A stretch of DNA of 64,000 bases from an uncultured Rhodospirillaceae bacterium (lineage in GTDB: Bacteria > Pseudomonadota > Alphaproteobacteria > Rhodospirillales > UBA2165), in NCBI GenBank assembly GCA_964566055.1, contig CAZMHI010000009.1:19447-83446 (forward strand), given 5' to 3'. A model generated the notes under the pieces. That model saw only the letters and a program-made list of their open reading frames with translations. It did no database searches and was not told the DNA's origin. A program made the position numbers and the translations under genes. This document shows, piece by piece, positions 47,797 to 58,174 of the stretch (the first letter of the stretch is position 1; each line of letters starts with the position of its first letter).

Positions 47797-47832
47797 AAAA
47801 AAAAGGGCGCTCAGATAATTTTCTGAACGCCC
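47797..47832 (-). terminator. Intrinsic terminator of carD
   Basis: Minus strand GGGCGTTCAGA-AAATTA-TCTGAGCGCCC followed by 8 T. Confidence 0.85.
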
Positions 47833-47853
47833 GGCCTTTAAAACTTTAACTTA

Positions 47854-48375
47854 TTAAGCCGCCTGCAAAACCGCTTCGAGTTTTTCGGTGGCTTTTTCCT
47901 TGTCGATGCTTTCAACGGCAGCAAATTCACCGGCTAAGCGTTCGAGAGCAGCCTCATAGATTTGGCGCTCACTGAAAGATTGATCAGGCTGGCCGACATT
48001 GCGGTGAAGATCACGGACAACTTCGGCAATCTGCACCGGATCACCCGAATTGATCTTGGCTTCATATTCCTGGGCGCGGCGGCTCCACATGGTGCGCTTC
48101 ACCCGGGCCCGGCCTTTTAAGGTGGTTACCGCATTATCCATAATTTTGCGCGAGCTTACTTTGCGCAAGCCCGAAGTTTCCATTTTATTGGTTGGCACCC
48201 GGAGCGTCATCCGGTCATTATCAAAGGTCACGACGACCAATTTTAAATCGGTGCCGCCGATGTTTTCTTTTTCAATGCCTTGCACCTGACCTACACCATG
48301 GGTCGGATAGACGACAAAATCGCCGGCTTTGAAGGCCAATTTATCTTTCTTTTTAGTCGTTTTTGCTTTCGCCAT
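47854..48375 (-). CDS. carD: CarD-family transcriptional regulator
   Basis: VVYPTHGVG, LRVP, MWSRRAQEYEAKINSGD. Confidence 0.95.
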   Translation of the reverse strand: MAKAKTTKKKDKLAFKAGDFVVYPTHGVGQVQGIEKENIGGTDLKLVVVTFDNDRMTLRVPTNKMETSGLRKVSSRKIMDNAVTTLKGRARVKRTMWSRRAQEYEAKINSGDPVQIAEVVRDLHRNVGQPDQSFSERQIYEAALERLAGEFAAVESIDKEKATEKLEAVLQAA

Positions 48376-48692
48376 AGTTTTCTATTTCTCCAACAATTTG
48401 CCAATAAGCGTTAGAAATTCGTCTCGCCCGTTCGGATTAGTTCAGCCGCCTCGGGCGCGCCTATTTACATAAATTTTTCTGATAATACTGTCTTGCCAGC
48501 GAATTCTTTGTATTCCTATCTTACCAGCTCTAAATCGAGCCCAATGAGCCGCTCACACAACAATGCCGACCCAGCCCGCCATGTTACCGGCTTACTTGAT
48601 CGGCAGAGTGGTTATACCACAAAAATAGGCCCAAATACAGACCCATTTGTTAACATGTGTAATAATGCGTGGAAATACGTATAAAAGCTAAG

Positions 48693-48718
48693 AAAAATGG
48701 CCCGCAAAACCGAGCCAT
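48693..48718 (-). terminator. Intrinsic terminator after fdxA
   Basis: Minus strand ATGGCTCG-GTTTTG-CGGGCCAT-TTTT. Confidence 0.65.
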
Positions 48719-48756
48719 AATCCTTAAATTTCAACAGGTTACTTTAAATGCAGCCT

Positions 48757-49092
48757 TTAGCTGCCAGCACCCGGGCTTTCACTCAATTCAGCACGTTTGC
48801 CTTCTTTATCTTTCCATTCATCGGCATCGGCGGGACTTTCACCTTTAACCGTAATATTCGGCCAAGTAGCTGATAGGCGGGTGTTGATTTCCAGCCATTC
48901 ATCCAAGCCATCTTCGGTATCCGGCAAAATAGCTTCCGCTGGACATTCCGGCTCACACACTCCGCAGTCGATGCATTCGTCGGGGTGAATTACCAAAAAG
49001 TTTTCACCTTCATAGAAGCAATCGACGGGGCAAACCTCGACGCAATCCATATATTTACATTTAATACAATTTTCGGTGACGATGTAGGTCAT
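48757..49092 (-). CDS. fdxA: 7Fe ferredoxin FdxA
   Basis: [38 protein letters not shown]. Confidence 0.95.
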   Translation of the reverse strand: MTYIVTENCIKCKYMDCVEVCPVDCFYEGENFLVIHPDECIDCGVCEPECPAEAILPDTEDGLDEWLEINTRLSATWPNITVKGESPADADEWKDKEGKRAELSESPGAGS

Positions 49093-49156
49093 GTTGGTCT
49101 CCGTTTAAACCCTATATTTTTGTTCGCCGTACTAACAGGCGCATTCTTTATTACAC

Positions 49157-49618
49157 TTATGATGCCGCAATGCCAAGTCTTGCAACCACTCTTTTTCGCG
49201 CATCTCCCCGGTCACGGTCATTGACGTAAATCAAGCCCGCAACCCGGCTAATCAGATTTGCCTCAAAGTGATCAACATTGCCGTCGGCATAAGCGACTTC
49301 CCACAGCATTTCAATCATCTCGATCCGCTGTTCGGCCTCGTAGCGGTCCTTGATCACTCGGGTAAAGGCATAAAGCTCACCCGATTCCTGAATGACGATT
49401 TCGGCTTCCGCAATGAGTGTCTCGGTTTCTTCGTCATTGAGATCAAAATGAGATTTCATCAAGCTCGTGATACTGGCGCGTTCGTCCTCGTCAAAATGGC
49501 CATCCATAGAGGCGGCCTCAACCAGCAAAGCAGCAGCGGCGGCTTGAAGTTCGTCTTTTTCCGGCGGGCCGGCTTTCGCGGCGCCCTCGGCAAATAATGC
49601 TTTAATTCGATTTATCAT
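49157..49618 (-). CDS. TerB-family protein
   Basis: AAALLVEAASMDGHFDEDE, LWEVAYADG. Confidence 0.88.
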   Translation of the reverse strand: MINRIKALFAEGAAKAGPPEKDELQAAAAALLVEAASMDGHFDEDERASITSLMKSHFDLNDEETETLIAEAEIVIQESGELYAFTRVIKDRYEAEQRIEMIEMLWEVAYADGNVDHFEANLISRVAGLIYVNDRDRGDARKRVVARLGIAAS

Positions 49619-49673
49619 AAGGCGCTATCTAGCATGGAGAAAATCATAGGAAAAGCCGTGATGCAGTGAATAA

Positions 49674-50057
49674 TCAACCCCGCCCCATCAATTTATCGAT
49701 AGCCCGCCGTTCGGTTTTGGTTGGCCGGCCGGCACCCATTTCGCGTTTGCCGGTCGTGGCGACGGGCGTTTTATCGCTGCTTTTCCTCGCCACGGGTGGC
49801 GCCAGATCTTCATAGAGCGCTTGAGCTTCCGGGGCCGGTCCACGTCTTGTGCCGAGGGCGACAATCTTGATCACTCTAATATGCGGGCCTTTCGGAAATG
49901 TCAGCACATCACCGGGGCGAACCAATTGATGAGCTTTGGAGGTTACCTCGCCATTGAGGCGCACTTTGCTGGCTTGGCAGAGCTTGGTAGCAAGTGAGCG
50001 GCTTTTCAAAAAGCGCGCCTGCCACAGCCATTTATCCAAACGTAAGCCTTCACTCAT
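49674..50057 (-). CDS. S4-domain RNA-binding protein (Hsp15-like)
   Basis: RLDKWLWQARFLKSRSLA, RRGPAPEAQALY, GRPTK. Confidence 0.92.
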   Translation of the reverse strand: MSEGLRLDKWLWQARFLKSRSLATKLCQASKVRLNGEVTSKAHQLVRPGDVLTFPKGPHIRVIKIVALGTRRGPAPEAQALYEDLAPPVARKSSDKTPVATTGKREMGAGRPTKTERRAIDKLMGRG

Positions 50058-52582
50058 GAAACCTTGAGTTCCTTTAATTTTGCGAAGGGCGAGTCTTCCG
50101 GCGGCGGTTTTGACACCGCAGCTTTTTTCGTACTCCCAGATTTTTTGTTTTTGCGGTAGGGCTTCTTATTGGCTTTGGCGGCAAAAGCGAATAGCACTGT
50201 TTCATCACCTTCTTTGGGTTTTTGCTTTTCATAGCCGAGCGACTTAAAAACACCAACCACATCCTCCGCCGAACAGCCCAGCAAATTCAGCAGTTCCGGA
50301 TCGGCGGCGAAAGGACCTTTGAGACTTCGCGACTTCAACATTCCCAGCACCCGCTCCAGGATATCAATGCGGATATAGAGATCACCAGCCTGCCGGAAAC
50401 CGGCGGCCTGCATGAAATCAAGGGGTACATCCGCGTCATAGGGCACCGAGACCCGGCCCGGCGGCGGCACTTCCGGCAAAGGTTTAATCTCGTTCTTCAC
50501 CGCCCACAGCAACGCACTGAGGCCGGCCGGCTTGGGTCGCAATAGCGGCGGGAAGAACACTTCGCGGCGGCCAAGCTTGATGTCGAGATGATGCAGCGCG
50601 CCGTAATCTTTTTTCTCCAAAGCTTTTAATTGCTTGGCGGCCTGGCGCTTATTCATGACGCCACCGCATTCTACCAGCTGAAAAACCAAGCCCCGCACCG
50701 CGCCGCTTAAGTTGCGGTCCCTGGCTTTCAGCAATGGTTTTAGATTTCGGCCAATATACTCATCAAGCCAGTTTTGCAGGCGCTGTTCTATTTTGTCCCG
50801 GATCGGCCCCTCCAGCAAATCACTCGACAGCAATTTGAACTTTGGCTTGAAGGCATCCGCTCCGGCGGTAAGGCGCGCCACCGGTTGCTGCCGCCAAGCC
50901 AGCTTACCATCACCCCTGAGCTCTATGGTTTCATCCTCGGCACTGATTAAAGCACTGGCCCGGCGCTCCACTTCACCCGCCAAAGCCCGGTAAGCCGCCG
51001 CCGTCACTGTGCGTCCCGCGACATCGCTATCGGTGGTATCGGGGACAAACTTAAAACCCTCAAGGCGACCGACAAAATGGCCTTCGACCATGACATCACC
51101 TTCAGCATTGACCGCCGACTGCAGATATTCCTTGTCTTTAAGTTTTCTCACCAGCACTGCTGTGCGTTGATCGACGAAGCGTTGGGTCAATCTTTCATGC
51201 AGCGCATCGGAAAGCCGGTCTTCGATCTCACGGGTCCGGCCCTGCCAGCTTTCGGGATCATCAAGCCAATCGGCCCGGTGGGAAATATAGGTCCAGATGC
51301 GGATATTGGCGATGCGATCCACCAGCGATTCAATACCGCCGTCGACCTGATCAATCCGGGTTACTTCCTTGGCGACCCAGTCATTATCGAGTTTCCCGGC
51401 TGTGCTTAAAGATTGATAGATATGAGATAACAGACGTTGATGACCACCCGTGACCTGTTTCCGGAAATCAGGGATTTGGCAGACGTCCCACAAGAGATGC
51501 ACGCTGTCCGGATTGATCAGCCGGTCCCGTATCTCAGGCTCGCGGGCGAGCTTAACCAAGTTCTGCTCGTCGCTGGGCCGGCGCACTTTGACCAGCCCCT
51601 CCTCGTCCGGAAGCTCGCTTAAGCTTTGCAATAACTTATCGATGGATCGAAAGTCCAGGCGGCTGTTGCGCCACTGAATGTGGCGGATCGGATCAAAGCG
51701 GTGGTTTTCAATTTGCTCGACAAGGTCAGGCTCAATCTCCGGCGCCTCACCGGTGACACCAAAAGTACCGTCACTCATATGACGCCCAGCCCGACCGGCA
51801 ATTTGCGCCAGCTCCTCGGCCCTCAAATTTCGTCTAAAAGTGCCATCGAATTTGTTGAGGGCAGCGAAGGCGACGTGATCGACATCCATATTGAGGCCCA
51901 TGCCGATAGCATCGGTCGCCACCAGATAATCGACATCGCCGTTTTGGAACATCTCAACCTGCGCGTTGCGGGTGCGGGGGCTGAGCGCGCCCATAACAAT
52001 CGCCGCACCGCCCCGCTGACGCCTGATCAGTTCGGCAATGGCATAAACATCGGCAGCGGAAAAGCCGACCACGGCACTGCGTGGTGGCAGGCGAACGATC
52101 TTGCGACTGCCGGCAAAAGTCAAAGTTGAAAAGCGGGGCCGGGTGATAAACTCGATGCCGGGCACAAGTTTTTCCAAGACGCCCCGAATGCTTTCGGAGC
52201 CCATAAACATGGTTTCCTGCTCACCGCGGGCGTTAAGCAAACGATCGGTAAAAACATGACCGCGATCGGCATCGGCGCAAAGCTGAATCTCATCCACGGC
52301 CAGGAAATCAACCGGCTTGGTAATGGGCATAGACTCGACCGTGCAGAAAATATATTTGGCATGAGAGGGGATGATTTTTTCTTCGCCGGTGATCAAGGCA
52401 ACTTGCCGCGCTCCTTTGAGCGCTACCGCCCGGTCGTAGTTTTCGCGGGCGAGCAAGCGAAGCGGGAAGCCGATCATACCGCTGCCATGGGCCAGCAGGC
52501 GCTCCATGGCGAGGTAGGTTTTGCCGGTATTGGTCGGCCCGAGAACAGCCGTCACCCGGGCGTCAGAGGTTGATATCTGCAT
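50054..52582 (-). CDS. Suv3-like SF2 helicase
   Basis: GPTNTGKT, PLRLLA, DEIQ, ATDAIGMGLN, QIAGRAGR. Confidence 0.93.
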   Translation of the reverse strand: MQISTSDARVTAVLGPTNTGKTYLAMERLLAHGSGMIGFPLRLLARENYDRAVALKGARQVALITGEEKIIPSHAKYIFCTVESMPITKPVDFLAVDEIQLCADADRGHVFTDRLLNARGEQETMFMGSESIRGVLEKLVPGIEFITRPRFSTLTFAGSRKIVRLPPRSAVVGFSAADVYAIAELIRRQRGGAAIVMGALSPRTRNAQVEMFQNGDVDYLVATDAIGMGLNMDVDHVAFAALNKFDGTFRRNLRAEELAQIAGRAGRHMSDGTFGVTGEAPEIEPDLVEQIENHRFDPIRHIQWRNSRLDFRSIDKLLQSLSELPDEEGLVKVRRPSDEQNLVKLAREPEIRDRLINPDSVHLLWDVCQIPDFRKQVTGGHQRLLSHIYQSLSTAGKLDNDWVAKEVTRIDQVDGGIESLVDRIANIRIWTYISHRADWLDDPESWQGRTREIEDRLSDALHERLTQRFVDQRTAVLVRKLKDKEYLQSAVNAEGDVMVEGHFVGRLEGFKFVPDTTDSDVAGRTVTAAAYRALAGEVERRASALISAEDETIELRGDGKLAWRQQPVARLTAGADAFKPKFKLLSSDLLEGPIRDKIEQRLQNWLDEYIGRNLKPLLKARDRNLSGAVRGLVFQLVECGGVMNKRQAAKQLKALEKKDYGALHHLDIKLGRREVFFPPLLRPKPAGLSALLWAVKNEIKPLPEVPPPGRVSVPYDADVPLDFMQAAGFRQAGDLYIRIDILERVLGMLKSRSLKGPFAADPELLNLLGCSAEDVVGVFKSLGYEKQKPKEGDETVLFAFAAKANKKPYRKNKKSGSTKKAAVSKPPPEDSPFAKLKELKVS

Positions 52583-52694
52583 AGCTCAAAGATCGGTCTT
52601 TCGCCGCCAAGATGCAAGCGGGGAAAAAGGGGACATGTTTTTGGCACTTCCCATCGGCCTTTCAATCGGTTGCCTAACGTGTCCCCAGTATTTT

Positions 52695-53072
52695 TTAAAC
52701 TTCGGCGTCGGCCTGTTCCATCATGGAATGCTTTTTCGCTTTGGTATGCTTTTCGCGTCTTTTGCGCAGGGTTTTCTTCAACTGGCGACGCACCGCTTCG
52801 AAGGCATCGCGGATCGCAATATAAACATCCTCATGGGCATGGTCGTCGGGATCGCGGGCCACCACGATTTCCTCTCCCGGCAAGGTGATGTCCACCCGGA
52901 TATGATAAAGCTTTCCTTTGGTATGCTGGCGATGAGGCGCCTCAACCACAACCCGGCAGGAGGTGATCCGGTCGGTATAGGTCTCGAGCTTTTCGACTTT
53001 CTCTCGAATTTTCTCTTCAACAGCATCTGAATGGGAAATATCGCGGAAGGAAACTTGTAATGGGATTTTCAT
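52695..53072 (-). CDS. HPF/RaiA-family ribosome-associated protein
   Basis: PLQVSFR..SDAVEEKIR..CRVVVEAPH..AHEDVYIAIRDAF. Confidence 0.88.
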   Translation of the reverse strand: MKIPLQVSFRDISHSDAVEEKIREKVEKLETYTDRITSCRVVVEAPHRQHTKGKLYHIRVDITLPGEEIVVARDPDDHAHEDVYIAIRDAFEAVRRQLKKTLRKRREKHTKAKKHSMMEQADAEV

Positions 53073-53215
53073 TGACCACTCTTTTCGTTATGTGACAAAG
53101 GTCGGACCCGAAAGCCGGTCCCACGGTCAACATACTGACAGATTATCGGTCGTCACCGCAATAGACGCGAGCTTTTAATCCATTTTTATTGAACATGATA
53201 TTGCGGGAAAAATCA

Positions 53216-53229
53216 TTGATTACAGTCAA
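53216..53229. promoter_or_regulatory. FNR/FixK-like box
   Basis: TTGAT-TACA-GTCAA (1 mismatch) inside the perfect inverted repeat ATCATTGA-N6-TCAATGAT. Confidence 0.55.
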
Positions 53230-53308
53230 TGATATCGTAATTTTAGTCAAGAAATCAGTGACATATGAAAAATAATCGCCGCAAATTAACATATTCAACA
53301 GAACAGGC

Positions 53309-53337
53309 CTTGCGTTACCCGCCCTATAGATACATAT
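53309..53337 (+). promoter_or_regulatory. Possible RpoH-type promoter of htpG
   Basis: CTTGCG-N16-TACATAT; same -35 hexamer as upstream of clpB. Confidence 0.5.
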
Positions 53338-53401
53338 GAGGTCGCGAAAGCGGATTATCCAGTCCCAAATGACAATTTATTTTAAGCGATATGAGTGAAA
53401 A

Positions 53402-55312
53402 ATGGCCAAAGCAAAAACTGAAACTAAACCCGAAGAGAAACTGGAATTTCAGGCCGAGGTCGCCAAAGTCCTCGATTTGGTTATTCACTCGCTTTACAGC
53501 AACAAAGAAATTTTTTTACGGGAGCTCATTTCCAACGCCTCGGATGCTTGCGATAAGCTGCGTTATTTGTCCCTCACCGAAAGCAATCTGATCGATGCCG
53601 GCACTGAGTTCGGCATTACTTTGTCGGTTAATGAAAAAGCTAAGAGCATCACCATTGCCGATAACGGCATTGGCATGAACCATGACGAGCTGATTGAAAA
53701 TCTCGGCACCATCGCGCGTTCCGGCACCACGGCCTTTTTGGAAAGTCTCTCCGGTGATGAAAAGAAAGACGCCGATCTTATCGGCCAATTCGGTGTTGGT
53801 TTTTATTCCTGCTTTAGTGTCGCCAAAAAGGTTGAAGTGATCAGCAGGCGCGTCGGTGAAGAGCAGGCCTGGTTGTGGTCATCGGAAGGCGCCGGCTCTT
53901 TCACCATTACCGAGACGGAACGTGATACTCAGGGCACGACCGTGACCGTCTATCTCGACAAGGACAATAAGGAGTATCTTGAAGACGCCCGTATTCGGAA
54001 TATTGTTAAAACCTATTCCGATCACATCTCTCTGCCGATTAATCTCGAAACCACTAAAGACAAAGAGACTACCAGCGATCAGATCAATTCCGGCTCGGCG
54101 ATCTGGACCCGGCAAAAATCCGATATCACTGAAGAGCAATATAAAGAGTTTTATCACCATGTCGGTCATGTCTTTGATGATCCCTGGCTAACCCTGCACA
54201 ACCGGGTGGAAGGTAAAATCGAATACACTAATTTGCTTTATGTGCCGTCATCGCCGCCGTTTGATTTGATGAACCCGGAACGCAAACATAAAGTGAAGCT
54301 CTATGTAAAACGCGTTTTCATCACCGATGATTGTGAAGATTTGATGCCACATTATCTGCGTTTCGTGCGTGGTATTGTTGATTCCGAAGACCTGCCTCTC
54401 AATGTCAGCCGCGAAATGCTGCAGCACAATGTGCTGGTGACGCATATCAAGAAAGCGCTGGTCAAAAAAATATTCTCTGAGCTTAAAAAGAAAGCCACCA
54501 AAAAGCCGGACGAATATGCGGCGTTTTGGAAGAATTTCGGCGCCGTTCTCAAAGAAGGTCTCTACGAAGATCATGAGAACCGGGAGAAATTGCTCGAGCT
54601 GGTACGCTTCAATTCAACTCATGGCGATGGCATTGTCAGTCTCGAAGATTATGTCGGGCGCATGAATGACGGCCAGGATGAAATTTTCTATATCTCCGGT
54701 GAAGATACCGAAACGCTTAAATCATCACCGCAAATCGAAGGCTTTAAATCCCGGGGCGTTGAAGTTCTACTGCTGACCGATCCCATCGATGAATTCTGGC
54801 TGCCGATGGTACATGTCTATAACGAGAAGACCTTTAAGTCGGTCACCGCCGGCGATATCGATCTCGGTAAGATCAAACGCAGCGATGAGGCTGATGACGA
54901 AAAGGACAAGCCCGAAGCCGCCGATGATGCTGACATCGCTAAGCTGATCATCGCCTTCAAGGAAGAGCTGGGCGAAGCGGTGAAAGATGTCCGCGCCTCC
55001 GACCGCCTGACCGATAGTGCGGTCTGCCTGGTCGCTGGGGAAGGCGATATGGATTTGCATTTGGAACGGATGCTCAAAAGCCAAGGGCATATGGATGTGC
55101 CGAACAGCACCCGTGTCCTGGAAATCAACTCGACCCATGATCTGATCAAGCAACTCTCCGGCCTGACGGATGATCTAGCCAAAAAAGAAGATCTGCAGAA
55201 CATGGCGCATTTACTGCTCGATCAAGCGCGGATTATTGAAGGGGAGGCGGTTAGCGATCCGGCAGCCTTCTCAAAACGCCTGAATTCAGCCTTGGCGAAG
55301 GGGTTGGTTTAG
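53402..55312 (+). CDS. htpG: Molecular chaperone HtpG (Hsp90)
   Basis: YSNKEIFLRELISNASDA, DNGIGM, IGQFGVGFYS, LPLNVSRE. Confidence 0.97.
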   Translation: MAKAKTETKPEEKLEFQAEVAKVLDLVIHSLYSNKEIFLRELISNASDACDKLRYLSLTESNLIDAGTEFGITLSVNEKAKSITIADNGIGMNHDELIENLGTIARSGTTAFLESLSGDEKKDADLIGQFGVGFYSCFSVAKKVEVISRRVGEEQAWLWSSEGAGSFTITETERDTQGTTVTVYLDKDNKEYLEDARIRNIVKTYSDHISLPINLETTKDKETTSDQINSGSAIWTRQKSDITEEQYKEFYHHVGHVFDDPWLTLHNRVEGKIEYTNLLYVPSSPPFDLMNPERKHKVKLYVKRVFITDDCEDLMPHYLRFVRGIVDSEDLPLNVSREMLQHNVLVTHIKKALVKKIFSELKKKATKKPDEYAAFWKNFGAVLKEGLYEDHENREKLLELVRFNSTHGDGIVSLEDYVGRMNDGQDEIFYISGEDTETLKSSPQIEGFKSRGVEVLLLTDPIDEFWLPMVHVYNEKTFKSVTAGDIDLGKIKRSDEADDEKDKPEAADDADIAKLIIAFKEELGEAVKDVRASDRLTDSAVCLVAGEGDMDLHLERMLKSQGHMDVPNSTRVLEINSTHDLIKQLSGLTDDLAKKEDLQNMAHLLLDQARIIEGEAVSDPAAFSKRLNSALAKGLV

Positions 55313-55346
55313 GGGTTGGTATAAAAGCAAGTAGGTTGGAACCAAC

Positions 55347-55766
55347 CTACTCCCCGCCGATCAAAGCACGCACCTCGTCGGGTACGGGCTCGGCGCGGAT
55401 GCCGGCAGGGGCGTCAGGATCGCGTTTCCCCCAGACGCGTTTTTCGGTGCCTTCGACATGGACCGTATCACCCATTTTGACGTCATGTCGGATGGTCCAA
55501 ACCTTATTGCCCCATTCCTCAACATAGCTTTCGATAACGATCTCGTCTTCCATGCGCAGCGGCTTGTTAAATTTGGCCGAGGCATCGACCAGCGGCAAAC
55601 CGACGATGTCATAATTTATCCAAATCTCATTCCACGGCAGCCCAACCTCAATGAACATGTTTTGAGTCGCGCGGTCGAACCATTGGAAAAAGTTGGGATA
55701 AAAAACGATTTGCGCATTATCGCAATCGCTGAACATGACAGTGTAATTATATTTAAAAATTTTCAT
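55347..55766 (-). CDS. Hotdog-fold acyl-CoA thioesterase (4-hydroxybenzoyl-CoA thioesterase type I-like)
   Basis: FSDCDNAQIVFYPNFFQWFD, GLPLVDASAKF. Confidence 0.88.
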   Translation of the reverse strand: MKIFKYNYTVMFSDCDNAQIVFYPNFFQWFDRATQNMFIEVGLPWNEIWINYDIVGLPLVDASAKFNKPLRMEDEIVIESYVEEWGNKVWTIRHDVKMGDTVHVEGTEKRVWGKRDPDAPAGIRAEPVPDEVRALIGGE

Positions 55767-55852
55767 CTGATTGGAATCTGACTACCGGTTTCTGAGGGGG
55801 CAAGAGATAGCTCTTTATAGGCGATCACATGATCTCAAGCCAAGAATTATTA

Positions 55853-56266
55853 TCAATTAAAACACTGCTTAACTTCTTCCGGCACCGGTGCCGCCTTGAT
55901 GCCGCGTGGAGAGGATTCGTCTTTAATCACCCAGGCCCGTAATTCCTGACCTTCAGCGATGACATCACCGTCCCGGGTAATCAGGTGTTTGACCAGAAAC
56001 GTCTTGTTCGTCCATTCTTCGATCCAGGTTTCAACTTCCAATACATCATTGATCCGGGCCGGCCGACTGAATTTCGAGGTTGCTTCAATAATTGGAATCC
56101 CATCTATGGCGTAATCGCCATACAGCTTTGGAAATCCCAGCCCGGCATCCTTGAACAAGCGCTCACAATTACGGTCAAACCACTGAAAGTAATGGGGATA
56201 GTTAACAATACATTGAGGGTCACAATCACCGGTCGAGATGACTCGGCTGTGGCGGACTTTGAGCAT
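55853..56266 (-). CDS. Hotdog-fold acyl-CoA thioesterase (4-hydroxybenzoyl-CoA thioesterase type I-like), tandem paralogue
   Basis: GDCDPQCIVNYPHYFQWFD, GIPIIEATSKF. Confidence 0.88.
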   Translation of the reverse strand: MLKVRHSRVISTGDCDPQCIVNYPHYFQWFDRNCERLFKDAGLGFPKLYGDYAIDGIPIIEATSKFSRPARINDVLEVETWIEEWTNKTFLVKHLITRDGDVIAEGQELRAWVIKDESSPRGIKAAPVPEEVKQCFN

Positions 56267-56326
56267 TTAAATACCTACCATTAAATTTATTCTGATCGGA
56301 GTGTAGATGGATAGAATATCGGCACA

Positions 56327-56340
56327 TTGATCAATATCAA
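56327..56340. promoter_or_regulatory. Perfect FNR/FixK/AadR-type box
   Basis: TTGAT-CAAT-ATCAA; minus-strand -10 candidate TACACT at 56305-56300 gives class II spacing. Confidence 0.75.
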
Positions 56341-56446
56341 GGTATTCAGTACGCCACCGCTTTAAATATCCTAACAGCACATCAGATTCCGTCAGCAATG
56401 GACGGCTAGAGAAAAGAATTTATCACCAATTATAATGAGGAAAATC

Positions 56447-57193
56447 ATGTCTTTAAGCGGAAAAACTGTTGTCGTCACGGGTGGCGCGTCAGGCATTGGC
56501 AAAGCGACCGTCGAACGCATGGCAGCCGATGGCGCCAATGTAGTATGTGCCGATATCAATAGTGAGCTCGGCGAAGCCCTGGTAGCCGAAGCCAAAGAAA
56601 GCAGTGGCAAGATTGATTTTCTCAAACTCGATTTGACTGATGATGCGGCAATCGCTGAGTTTGTCGAAACCTTCCTCGAAAAGTTCGGCACGCCGGACAT
56701 TTTGATCAATGCTGCCGGCGGCGGTGATATCGAACCTTTCATCAGAAATGATGCCGCGCGTTTTGACTGGAATGTAGCGCTCAATTATCTCGGGCCGGTT
56801 AAACTTACCCATGCCTTTTTACCGAGCATGTCCGAAGCCGGTGGTGGCAAGCTGATTTATGTCGCCAGTGATGCCGGCCGGGTCGGCAGCGGCGGTGAAA
56901 CCGTTTATGCCGGCGCCAAAGGCGGCATTATCGCTTTTGCTAAATCCCTCGCCCGTGAGGTCTCACGCTATCAAATCAACGTCAATTGCGTGTGCCCTGG
57001 CCCAACGGATACGCCTTTGTTGCAAACGCGGCCGGAAAAAATGCTGGATGCTCTTATCGCCGCTATTCCCTTGCGCCGCTTTGCCAAACCGGATGAAATC
57101 GCCCATGCCATTCAATTTTTTGCCGCCGAGGGGTCGGAATATATTACCGGCCAAGTACTCAGCGTCAGTGGCGGGCTGACCATGGTTGACTAA
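56447..57193 (+). CDS. SDR oxidoreductase, 2-hydroxycyclohexanecarboxyl-CoA dehydrogenase (BadH)-like
   Basis: TGGASGIG, ASDAGRVGSGGETVYAGAKGG, VCPGPTDTPL, VSGGLTM. Confidence 0.85.
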   Translation: MSLSGKTVVVTGGASGIGKATVERMAADGANVVCADINSELGEALVAEAKESSGKIDFLKLDLTDDAAIAEFVETFLEKFGTPDILINAAGGGDIEPFIRNDAARFDWNVALNYLGPVKLTHAFLPSMSEAGGGKLIYVASDAGRVGSGGETVYAGAKGGIIAFAKSLAREVSRYQINVNCVCPGPTDTPLLQTRPEKMLDALIAAIPLRRFAKPDEIAHAIQFFAAEGSEYITGQVLSVSGGLTMVD

Positions 57194-57333
57194 GGCATCA
57201 ACAAAATTGACCAAGGTCATCAGTTACTTTAGACTTAAACTGTTATTCATCCGAACATTAGCACCCGACACAGGCGTTGGCCTGAAAGGCTGCCGACTTT
57301 ATTCATCTCAAGAGGATTAAAAGAGGAACCACA

Positions 57334-58152
57334 ATGTACAAACTCAAAGCTGCAGACATCAAACCCGAACATTTCGCCTGGTCTGTTGAAGACGGTGTCG
57401 CCACCATTACCTTAAACCGGCCGGAGCGCAAAAATCCGCTGACCTTTGAAAGCTATGCTGAACTGCGTGATACTTTTCATAAACTGCAATGGGTTGAAGA
57501 TGTTAAAGTCGTCGTCATCACCGGCGAAGGTGGTAACTTTTGCTCCGGTGGCGATGTCCATGAAATTATCGGCCCCCTGACCAAAATGGACATGGACGGG
57601 TTGTTGACTTTTACCCACATGACCGGTGATCTGGTCAAATCCATGCGCAAATGCCCGCAGCCCATCATTTCCGCGATCGACGGAATTTGCGCCGGCGCCG
57701 GCGCGATTATCGCCATGGCCTCAGATTTGCGTTACGGCACGCCGGAAAGCATGATCGGCTTTTTGTTTACTCGGGTTGGTCTGGCCGGCTGTGATATGGG
57801 CGCCTGCGCCATGCTGCCCCGCATTATCGGCCAGGGCCGCGCCTCAGAACTGCTTTATACCGGCCGCATGATGACCAGCGAGGAAGCCGCCAATTGGGGT
57901 TTCTATAATGGCGTTGCAGAGCCCGCTGAAGTGTTGGAGGTCGCCACCACGCAGGCCAAGCGTCTCGCCAAGGGGCCAACCTTCGCTCATGCGATGACCA
58001 AAAAGACCCTCCATCAGGAATGGAACATGGGTGTCGATGAAGCCATCGAAGCAGAAGCGCAAGCCCAGGCAATTTGCATGCAGACACAGGACTTCGAACG
58101 TGCCTATCATGCATTTGTCGCCAAAGAAAAACCGGTCTTTGAAGGCAATTAA
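57334..58152 (+). CDS. Enoyl-CoA hydratase/crotonase-family protein
   Basis: [44 protein letters not shown]; subfamily often found in aminobenzoyl/salicylyl-CoA clusters. Confidence 0.9.
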   Translation: MYKLKAADIKPEHFAWSVEDGVATITLNRPERKNPLTFESYAELRDTFHKLQWVEDVKVVVITGEGGNFCSGGDVHEIIGPLTKMDMDGLLTFTHMTGDLVKSMRKCPQPIISAIDGICAGAGAIIAMASDLRYGTPESMIGFLFTRVGLAGCDMGACAMLPRIIGQGRASELLYTGRMMTSEEAANWGFYNGVAEPAEVLEVATTQAKRLAKGPTFAHAMTKKTLHQEWNMGVDEAIEAEAQAQAICMQTQDFERAYHAFVAKEKPVFEGN

Positions 58153-58174
58153 CTAAACTAGCGGAGGGGCGCCA

